NCBI GenBank assembly: GCA_944372025.1
Contig: CALVYE010000001.1
Span: 1-43,868 of the forward strand
Source: an uncultured Bacilli bacterium
Lineage (GTDB): Bacteria > Bacillota_I > Bacilli_A > RF39 > UBA660
Length of the DNA stretch: 43,868 bases
Direction: 5' to 3'
Shown here in pieces: positions 36,456 through 43,768 of the stretch. The notes below the pieces were generated by a model. That model was not told where the DNA came from and did no database searches. It was given only the letters and a program-made list of their open reading frames with translations. How positions within the stretch are numbered: the first letter of the stretch is position 1; every line of letters begins with the position of its first letter. Both the position numbers and the translations under genes were made by a program.

Positions 36456-36484
36456 ATACTATAAAAACATATGTTTGTATACAA
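36456..36484 (-). promoter_or_regulatory. putative promoter of the Bro-N/DinD-like gene with palindromic operator in the spacer
   Basis: The minus strand has TTGTAT (36479-36484), a 17-nt spacer and TAGTAT (36456-36461). The spacer contains AAACATATGTTT (36465-36476), which overlaps a second palindrome TTTGTATACAAA (36474-36485). Confidence 0.35.
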
Positions 36485-36517
36485 AAGTTAGATTTTTTTA
36501 CTCGACAAAATACGACA

Positions 36518-36547
36518 TCAAAAAATACATGAATCAAAATCATGTAT
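36518..36547 (-). terminator. rho-independent terminator after nfo
   Basis: 8-bp stem atacatga/tcatgtat with a 7-nt loop and a TTTTTTG tail on the minus strand. Confidence 0.6.
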
Positions 36548-36556
36548 CTTAAAATT

Positions 36557-37468
36557 TTACTTATAATAATCTCTAATGTCTTCAATTAAATTCTTATTAA
36601 ATTTTTTGTTTCTAATCATTTCTATTTCAAATTTATATGGTGGATATAATCTCTCTTTACTTTCATCATTTGGACTAACATATGGAGTTTCTAATATTTT
36701 AGGTATATTTTGAAGTTTATCATTGTATATAATTTTTATTAATTTATCAAAGCCAAGATATCCAAATCCTATATTTTCATGTCTATCCTTTTTAGTTCCT
36801 ATTTCATTTTTACTATCATTTATGTGTATACATGCAATTTTTTCTATTCCAACAATTTTATCAAAATCCATTAATACTTTATCAAAATCTGAAAGATCAT
36901 AACCTGCATCATTTAAATGACATGTATCTAAACAAATCAATATCCTATCATCATTTTGAACATTATCAATTATTTCTTTTATCTGCTCAAATCTATAACA
37001 ACATTCCGTTCCTTTACCACTCATAGTTTCCAAACATATTTTTACATTACTTTGCTTATTTAAAACCTCATTTAAACTATCAATAATATTTTGTATACCC
37101 TTTTCTATACCAATTCCAACATGGCTTCCTGGGTGCAAAACAAGTTTGTTTATTCCTAAAGTTTCACATCTATTTATTTCTTGTTTCAAAAACCTAATTG
37201 CAAAATTTCTTTTTTCTTCATCTCCACTTGCTAAATTAATTATATATGGGGCATGTACTACTACATTTTTATAATCGATGTTATTTTTTTTCATTAAATT
37301 TAAAGCTAACTCAGTTTTTTCTTTATTAATATCTACTCTATTTGTATTTTGAGGAGCACCTGTATAAAACATAAAAGTATTTGCTCCATAACTTAATGTT
37401 TCTTCAACACACCCTAATAGTTGTTTATCTTTAGTAAAAGAAACATGTGAACCAATTATTAAGTTCAT
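36557..37468 (-). CDS. nfo: endonuclease IV (deoxyribonuclease IV)
   Basis: 'IGSHVS', 'VVHAPYIINLAS', 'LVLHPGSH', 'ICLETM' and 'CLDTCHLNDAGYD', the TIM-barrel metal ligands of Nfo. Confidence 0.9.
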   Translation of the reverse strand: MNLIIGSHVSFTKDKQLLGCVEETLSYGANTFMFYTGAPQNTNRVDINKEKTELALNLMKKNNIDYKNVVVHAPYIINLASGDEEKRNFAIRFLKQEINRCETLGINKLVLHPGSHVGIGIEKGIQNIIDSLNEVLNKQSNVKICLETMSGKGTECCYRFEQIKEIIDNVQNDDRILICLDTCHLNDAGYDLSDFDKVLMDFDKIVGIEKIACIHINDSKNEIGTKKDRHENIGFGYLGFDKLIKIIYNDKLQNIPKILETPYVSPNDESKERLYPPYKFEIEMIRNKKFNKNLIEDIRDYYK

Positions 37469-37485
37469 CTTATTACCTACTTTCT

Positions 37486-39276
37486 CTAATTGTTTTTTGT
37501 AACTATTAACATACGTTTATTTTCAAATAATATTTTTACGTTTTCTAAATCGTTTTTGTTAAAATCATCCTTAAATATTATTAAATTTTTATTGGTTTCA
37601 TTTTTATACCAAGATTTTAAACTTTGTTTATATTTATAAGATATTAAATTGCCGTTATAATTATATTTTGGAAATATATCAGTTAATGCTTCCACCCATC
37701 TTAATTGCCAATAGTTTCCTATTGTTGATATTTCATTATTTTCATTTATTAGTTTTTCTTTATTGTTTGTAATATATTTAATTCCATCTATACAACTTTT
37801 ATTTAAAGTATCTATTGGATTTAAAATCAAATCAAAATTATGATTATATATATCCATTGTTTGTGATAAAATAGTATTTCCTGTGAGTTCAAAATTAAAT
37901 TCTTTAAGTCTTTCTTCGAATTTAAAAATCGAAAAAAAGAATATTAATATATATGAAATAATAAAAGATTTAAAAATCAGATTATTGTCTTTTTCAATTT
38001 TAATTAAAGCAATATATACTAAGTGCCAAGATAATAACCATATTAAAAAATAAGTTTTATGAAAATAATAAGCACTTAAAGAACCACATAAAACACTAAA
38101 TAATAATAGAGATACAACAATAACAGTAAAAATACATAGTATTTTTATAAAATTTTTTTCTTCTAATAATTTATATCCATATATAATAAAAGGTATTAGC
38201 AAAATAAAATTTGAAATAAAATTTTTATAAGACATTCCTTCGGAGGTTATCCCACTTGTAAATTCTTCAAAATTAGAAAAATTCGGTACTAAAAAATATA
38301 AACATCCAAATATAAAAGGTATTATTAAAGAAATTAGTATTAATAATAGAAATTCTTTTGATTTAATTTTATTATTTTCTTTATATATGTGTGTGAAGTA
38401 TATAAGTAAAGATGGATATACAATTGGTACAAATATATAATATGAGCAAAAAAGTCCAAAGGTTAAAATATTAAATACAAAAAAAGAATATATTTTATTT
38501 GAATCATTAATTTTGTACTGACTAATAAAATTAATAATTGTATTTATTATTAATATTCCAATTCCCCAATAAAATAAACCGTAAAGTAAATTATTTAATG
38601 GATATCCTAGAGTATATAAAATTGTGACAAAAAATGCAAGTAATATGTTTTTTTTTCTTTTTTCTTTTTTAGAAATTAAATAAAAGCTATACCCTGTTAA
38701 TACAAATAAAAACAAATTAAATATTACAAATATTTTGTATAGATCTAATATACTTAAAAAATTAAAAGATTTAAAAAGCATTCCTAAATTTACATAGCCT
38801 AAAAATTGAAATCCATTACCATAATTTTGAGCATTTTTAATATTTAATGTTGTATTCAATGAATCTCCCAATGCAAAATATCTAGAAGAGGTAAAATGTG
38901 CAGCTGCATCTGGCGAATTATAACTAAACAAAAAATCTTTGGTGAAAAAAAGAAAAAATACAATTATGGATATTATAATTAAAATAAATAAAATAATTAT
39001 ATCGCTTTTTCTAAAATAAAAACTATTGATGTTCTTTTTCTTTAGAATATCATATAAAAAATATAACGATGGAATTAAATTTAAAATTGTCATAGAAATT
39101 AATGTAATAGGAATGTATAGTAAATTCAATATATAAGCGCAAAATGAAGTATAACACATTATTACAACAATATTAATAGTTATCAAAAACATAACATTAA
39201 CTTTTTTATCAAAAAATTTTTTAAAAGTCAAAGTTATAAGTAATAATAATGTTGATAAAATATACAATAAACTCAT
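37486..39276 (-). CDS. polytopic membrane protein (596 aa, ~13 TM + ~120-aa C-terminal soluble domain); possible GT-C-type glycosyltransferase
   Basis: Very hydrophobic F/I/L-rich ORF. SD GGAGGG sits directly behind the pilin terminator. The first large loop carries 'SYNSPDAAAHFTSSRY'. Co-oriented with nfo, with a 17-nt gap. The fold class is an inference only. Confidence 0.5.
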   Translation of the reverse strand: MSLLYILSTLLLLITLTFKKFFDKKVNVMFLITINIVVIMCYTSFCAYILNLLYIPITLISMTILNLIPSLYFLYDILKKKNINSFYFRKSDIIILFILIIISIIVFFLFFTKDFLFSYNSPDAAAHFTSSRYFALGDSLNTTLNIKNAQNYGNGFQFLGYVNLGMLFKSFNFLSILDLYKIFVIFNLFLFVLTGYSFYLISKKEKRKKNILLAFFVTILYTLGYPLNNLLYGLFYWGIGILIINTIINFISQYKINDSNKIYSFFVFNILTFGLFCSYYIFVPIVYPSLLIYFTHIYKENNKIKSKEFLLLILISLIIPFIFGCLYFLVPNFSNFEEFTSGITSEGMSYKNFISNFILLIPFIIYGYKLLEEKNFIKILCIFTVIVVSLLLFSVLCGSLSAYYFHKTYFLIWLLSWHLVYIALIKIEKDNNLIFKSFIISYILIFFFSIFKFEERLKEFNFELTGNTILSQTMDIYNHNFDLILNPIDTLNKSCIDGIKYITNNKEKLINENNEISTIGNYWQLRWVEALTDIFPKYNYNGNLISYKYKQSLKSWYKNETNKNLIIFKDDFNKNDLENVKILFENKRMLIVTKNN

Positions 39277-39292
39277 AAACCCTCCGTATATT

Positions 39293-39319
39293 AAAAAGCA
39301 AACTGCATGTTTGCTTTTT
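39293..39319 (-). terminator. rho-independent terminator directly after the pilin gene
   Basis: 11-bp perfect arms aaaaagcaaac/gtttgcttttt with a 5-nt loop. Confidence 0.65.
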
Positions 39320-39345
39320 AATATTATTTATTTTTTAAATTTTTA

Positions 39346-39786
39346 TTATCCAGATATTGAAAAACCATCTGAACCGATTTCAGCTTTTAATTCTGATGTA
39401 GTGCTAGGTCCATCAATATAAATACCATATCCATTTGAAGAATATTTGAAGTTTGATATTTCGTAACTATCAGCACTATCACCTATGGTATAAAAATATG
39501 TATTACTACTATTAGATACACCGCTTGCAGTAGATACACTTTTGTCAGATCTTTCATAATAACCCTCTAAATCTTCAGGACCACAATTATCAGTATTTTG
39601 TTCAGCAGCCATACAAGTTTCTATAGATTTGATTAGCATTAAAGCTTCATCTTTAGTTGTGTTTTGTTTTGCTGTTCTTTGAATATTTAATACACTAGGA
39701 ACCGCAATAACTAAAATGATTGCTAAAATAACGATAACCGCTAACAATTCAATCAACGTAAACCCTTTTTTATTTAATTTTTTCAT
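39346..39786 (-). CDS. type IV pilin / pseudopilin-like protein with prepilin N-terminal cleavage-methylation motif
   Basis: 'MKKLNKKG|FTLIELLAVIVILAIILVIAV' is the canonical G/FTLIE class III signal with Glu+5. There are two Cys (C58, C68) in the globular part. SD GAGGAGG. Confidence 0.85.
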   Translation of the reverse strand: MKKLNKKGFTLIELLAVIVILAIILVIAVPSVLNIQRTAKQNTTKDEALMLIKSIETCMAAEQNTDNCGPEDLEGYYERSDKSVSTASGVSNSSNTYFYTIGDSADSYEISNFKYSSNGYGIYIDGPSTTSELKAEIGSDGFSISG

Positions 39787-39817
39787 GATAAATTTTCCTC
39801 CTCTATTTTATAATATA

Positions 39818-39846
39818 AATATATCACAGCAATATTTTTTATGCAA
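39818..39846 (-). promoter_or_regulatory. putative sigma-A promoter of the pilin gene
   Basis: The minus strand has TTGCAT (39841-39846), a 17-nt spacer and TATATT (39818-39823), about 30 nt upstream of the ATG. Confidence 0.45.
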
Positions 39847-39878
39847 TAGGTAATCGCAAATAATTATCAAAATAATCA

Positions 39879-40436
39879 CTAAATTTTACAACAATTTTTA
39901 TAAATATATAAATATGTAGAACCATATTTTTTTTGTTTTATGAGTTCTAAATTTTTAATGTTTTTATCTAAATATTCAGTATCAAATTCACAAATTATTA
40001 TACCACCATTATTAATTAAATTTTTTTCTATTATTTTATTAATAATATCATTTAAAATATGCATTTTATATGGCGGATCTAAAAAAATAATATCAAATTT
40101 AATTTTATTATTTTTAAAGTGATCCAAAGCATTTGTATAATCACTTTTAATAACTTTTGTTTTATTTTCAATATTAAAATCATTTAAATTTTTATTTAAG
40201 ACTTTAATAGCATCTATACTTTTATCTACAAAATAGCATTTTTTTGCGCCATTACTAATAGCTTCAATTCCAAGTGAACCACTTCCCGCAAATAAATCTA
40301 AACAAATAGAATCATTAACATAACTTTGAATAATTCCAAATAAACTTTCTTTTACTCTGTCCATGGTAGGTCTTGTACCATCTAAAGTATAGCCTAAAAT
40401 ATTTCTTCCTTTTAAAAAGCCACTAATTACTCTCAT
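39879..40436 (-). CDS. rsmD: 16S rRNA (guanine966-N2)-methyltransferase RsmD
   Basis: 'MRVISG..KGR', 'TRPTMDRVKESLF', 'DLFAGSGSLGIEAISNGA' and 'FLDPPY'. Confidence 0.9.
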   Translation of the reverse strand: MRVISGFLKGRNILGYTLDGTRPTMDRVKESLFGIIQSYVNDSICLDLFAGSGSLGIEAISNGAKKCYFVDKSIDAIKVLNKNLNDFNIENKTKVIKSDYTNALDHFKNNKIKFDIIFLDPPYKMHILNDIINKIIEKNLINNGGIIICEFDTEYLDKNIKNLELIKQKKYGSTYLYIYKNCCKI

Positions 40437-40938
40437 TTACATCACCTACAATAAATTCAATTTTACAATTGGTAAGCTTTTTAAGTCTTTTAATTTCTAT
40501 TCGCTTTTGAGTTTCTAAAAAAATGAAATTATATACTGCTTCCCAAACAACTACCCAGCTTATTATTAACAAAGTTTCTGGTATCCAGGATAACTCAAAA
40601 TTGTTTAAAAAATTATAAATACATATTAAAAATATTCCAACAATAAACAATATTAATCCTTTAACATTAGTATATTTAATGTATAGCATATTTTCTTTGA
40701 TATCTATTCCATAGTTTGAACGTATCATATCTACAATTTTTTCTTTTTCATCATCAGTAAATTGTTTTGAAGTGTGAATATTTATTTTTATATTTTCTTT
40801 TAAAGAATTACCTTTACATTCACTATAAATATAATTACTTAACTCATCGGATAGTGTTGTATTGTTAAATTTATTTGTTATATCATCTAAATTATCTACT
40901 GTAATATTAATGTTAATTTCTTTATTATTCATATTCAT
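40423..40938 (-). CDS. hypothetical membrane protein (171 aa, 2 TM)
   Basis: Intact ORF whose stop overlaps the rsmD start by 14 nt. Two hydrophobic helices lie in the C-terminal half. The start may be the third codon (ATG at 40932), which has better SD spacing. Confidence 0.5.
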   Translation of the reverse strand: MNMNNKEININITVDNLDDITNKFNNTTLSDELSNYIYSECKGNSLKENIKINIHTSKQFTDDEKEKIVDMIRSNYGIDIKENMLYIKYTNVKGLILFIVGIFLICIYNFLNNFELSWIPETLLIISWVVVWEAVYNFIFLETQKRIEIKRLKKLTNCKIEFIVGDVNESN

Positions 40939-40962
40939 ACTCCATTCTTAAGATATTATATA

Positions 40963-41010
40963 ACAAAAAAAATATAAGATAAATATTTTTAAATAAATTT
41001 ATCTTATATT
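40963..41010 (-). terminator. strong rho-independent terminator after the 886-aa gene
   Basis: 13-bp perfect arms atataagataaat (40971-40983) and atttatcttatat (40996-41008), extended by A/T runs. T8 tail on the minus strand. Confidence 0.7.
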
Positions 41011-41039
41011 TTAGTTTATAGTGTTTGTTTATATATCCT

Positions 41040-43700
41040 TTATGGAATTAGGACTACGCGAAACCCGTCGTTAGAACTAGATGTACCATTATTGACGTTG
41101 GAGTAGACGACACCCGCAGTGGACGTAGTAAGATAGTTACCACCACGATTAGACCAAGGAAGACTAACATATGGAAAGTTATAGGCGTCGGAATACCATC
41201 TCATAGTTTCATATGTTGCATCTCCTTTGATTGATTTTTCTGATGTTATACTACTTGAACTTGTTCCTGTATATTTTTCATAATATTTACTTCCATTACT
41301 TCCTCCTGGAAAATTACTTGTTGTAAATCCTGAACTCCCTACTGTTCCTGCCCAGTTACTCATTGTGTATTCATACGATCCTCCACTCATATCATATATT
41401 CCATATATCGTCCCTGTTGTTGAAGCCCCTGTCCCTTTTCCTGCTACTTTTTCTCCTTTTGTATTTGTATTATAATTTAATAAATAATCATCGTATGTAT
41501 AAAAACCATATGTAATATATTGTGTTGTACTACTTTGATCTGGATATGTTTCATTTATTGGTGTACTTCCCCCTGGTCCTCCTCCACTTCTTCCTGTATA
41601 GTGACTTGAACTATTATTTTTATATATTTCTTTGTTAACTCCACTGTAATTAGGATTTCCCATCTTTCCATATTTGCTTTGGGATAAGTACGCTACTGCT
41701 CCCCATTCGGTATTCTTCATCATGTGTGTATCTGTACTTGATGTTAATCCATATGTTGCATTACCTGAGAATGTTACTGTTCCATTACTTGTACTTCTTG
41801 TTCCTCCTGCAAACTTCAATGATGTATCAAATTGGGTACTTACATTTTGACTTCTTAATGCTGCTACATCAGGTTTTATTGTTGGTGTTGTTGAACTTCC
41901 ACTTGTCTCAAATTTTCCTACCCAGATTCCTTCTAACTCTTCATCCCAGCCTCCTTGGTCATATGCTGTTGTTTTGTATACACTGCTTCCATCCCTAAAT
42001 GCTGGATGTGTATAATAACAACTTGTTGATGTGATTGAACACGATTCTAAAGCAGTACCCGTTGTATTTGTTCCACTTTCAAATACTACATCTATTTCTG
42101 GTGGACTTGTTACTGCACTACTACTTCCTATATTTGATGGTATTCTATATTTATATCTTGGTATCCATACCCACATACTATTTATTGAACTCATCGGTAT
42201 TGTCGTTCCTGGAGAAGCTGTTCTATATGTTGAAGAACTTGTCGTTACTGCATTCGCCCATATTCCATTTTCATAATCATGCCATGCTTGTTTTGTGTTA
42301 GCCTTTACCCAGTTCCCTGTTGTACTATTATATACTACCGGTATCATTCCTTCTGTTAATTCTGGTTCATTCGCTCCACTGCTATCAGAATATATCTTTG
42401 TTAATTTTGCATATCCATTTCCAGATTGAGCTCCGGTTTCTCCTGAGGTATTATCTCCACTTGAAAAACTTCTTGTTTGATATGAAGATCCACTCCATCC
42501 TCCTCCATAACTTTGGTTATCATCGGCGCATCCGCCTCCTCCAAAACCACCTCTACATATTCCACTATTTCTTGTGTAATATCCTCCTACTGAGTTATAA
42601 CTTATGAATTGAGAAATCCCTAATACGGATGATAGATTCGCTGAAGTATTACTACTTGTTCCTGCTGCTGTAGTTTTACTATATGCAGTTAGGTTACTTG
42701 GTGAATACCATGTGTCTCCAACTCCATCTTTTCCATCGTATGCTGAACCTCTATACGAACTATCTCCAGTTCCTCCTCCACCTGCTGCTACCATTAATAC
42801 TTCATAATTTGTTGAATCTTTAGTAAATTGATAATTACTATTACTTATTGATGATATTGTTTTGAAGATAAAAGTTCCTCCTCCACCTGCTCCACTTGTT
42901 CCATCTTTTGCCGTTGCCTGTGTTACACTTCCTTGGCCTCCTACTACTAAGGTAATTACATCTCCTTTATTTAAATTGAATTTTGATTTTAGTTTAGCTC
43001 CTTTTCCTGGCACTGGTGTTGTCGATGAGGTATATGAATATTCATTTCCTCTTGTTCCTTCTGCTCCTGCTACTTCTATTTCATATAACCCTGTCTCTGG
43101 TATTGTATATGTTCTTACTGCTCCTGTATATGAGAATGTTGTTGTATTACTTGTTGTCTCTATTGTTTCTTTAGATAATGATGAGTGTCCACTACTTAAG
43201 GATACACTATTATTCTCATATCCTCCTTCTACTCCTATTTCTACTGTTAAACTTGATGTTGATGTATTCTTTACTGCTACCATAACTTCTGTAGATGCTC
43301 CTGATTCCAATACTGTAGATTCTACACCTGGACTTATGTATGCAATCTTTACTGTTGAACCACTTGGTAAACTTGATGGAGTTATTGCGTCATAGTAAAC
43401 TTTATATTTTGCAGTTATTGGAGAATTATTAGTTATTGTAAAATTTATATATTTTGTTACTCCTGCTGCTACGGTTATTCTCTTTGTACTATTACTATAT
43501 GTTGTATCTGTTGATGTGATTGAAAAATTTACTGTACCGGCAGTAATTGAAGCTACATTAGTTTTTTCTACTGTTCCTGAAAATAAAGCTAAAGATTCAT
43601 ACAACACAAAACCTAGCATTGATAATGCTATTACAAATAGAACTATAATTTCTCTTATATAATATTCTTTTTTTAATATTTCCCTAATGCTAGTCCACAT
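41040..43700 (-). CDS. large exported Ser/Thr/Gly-rich protein: SipW/TasA-type leader + beta-rich domain + ALK/LTK-type glycine-rich domain + divergent FGE-sulfatase-like domain
   Basis: SD AGGTGA. Hydrophobic segment at aa 15-35, then 'SLALFSGTVEKTNVASITAGTVNF'. At aa ~186-436: 'FSYTGAVRTYTIPETGLYEIEVAGAEG...LVVGGQG...GAGGGGTF...VAAGGGGTG...GGFGGGGC...YGGGWSG'. At aa ~445-886: 'MWVWIPRY', 'HPAF', 'GIWVGKFE', 'NTEWGAVAYL', 'GIYDMSGGSYEY', 'RGGNY' and terminal 'GFRVVLIP'. Confidence 0.8.
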   Translation of the reverse strand: MWTSIREILKKEYYIREIIVLFVIALSMLGFVLYESLALFSGTVEKTNVASITAGTVNFSITSTDTTYSNSTKRITVAAGVTKYINFTITNNSPITAKYKVYYDAITPSSLPSGSTVKIAYISPGVESTVLESGASTEVMVAVKNTSTSSLTVEIGVEGGYENNSVSLSSGHSSLSKETIETTSNTTTFSYTGAVRTYTIPETGLYEIEVAGAEGTRGNEYSYTSSTTPVPGKGAKLKSKFNLNKGDVITLVVGGQGSVTQATAKDGTSGAGGGGTFIFKTISSISNSNYQFTKDSTNYEVLMVAAGGGGTGDSSYRGSAYDGKDGVGDTWYSPSNLTAYSKTTAAGTSSNTSANLSSVLGISQFISYNSVGGYYTRNSGICRGGFGGGGCADDNQSYGGGWSGSSYQTRSFSSGDNTSGETGAQSGNGYAKLTKIYSDSSGANEPELTEGMIPVVYNSTTGNWVKANTKQAWHDYENGIWANAVTTSSSTYRTASPGTTIPMSSINSMWVWIPRYKYRIPSNIGSSSAVTSPPEIDVVFESGTNTTGTALESCSITSTSCYYTHPAFRDGSSVYKTTAYDQGGWDEELEGIWVGKFETSGSSTTPTIKPDVAALRSQNVSTQFDTSLKFAGGTRSTSNGTVTFSGNATYGLTSSTDTHMMKNTEWGAVAYLSQSKYGKMGNPNYSGVNKEIYKNNSSSHYTGRSGGGPGGSTPINETYPDQSSTTQYITYGFYTYDDYLLNYNTNTKGEKVAGKGTGASTTGTIYGIYDMSGGSYEYTMSNWAGTVGSSGFTTSNFPGGSNGSKYYEKYTGTSSSSITSEKSIKGDATYETMRWYSDAYNFPYVSLPWSNRGGNYLTTSTAGVVYSNVNNGTSSSNDGFRVVLIP

Positions 43701-43739
43701 TGTATCACCTATTTTATTGTACTTTATCTCATTATTTAA

Positions 43740-43768
43740 AGTATATTATATTTTTGACATTTTTTCAA
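43740..43768 (-). promoter_or_regulatory. putative promoter of the 886-aa gene
   Basis: The minus strand has TTGAAA (43763-43768), a 17-nt spacer and TATACT (43740-43745), about 40 nt upstream of the ATG. Confidence 0.4.

Noticed and set aside
35514-36556. Bro-N gene region considered as a prophage or integrative element
   Set aside because: It is a single gene. No integrase, repressor, structural or lysis genes are present, and I found no flanking direct repeats. At most it is a remnant or a domesticated gene.
41726-43395. Five plus-strand ORFs (81-177 aa) inside the 886-aa gene
   Set aside because: They are antisense artefacts. The Ser/Thr/Gly codon bias of the minus-strand gene removes stop codons from the opposite strand. 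Their translations are L/F/H/P-rich low-complexity strings, none has an SD, and they overlap each other in different frames.
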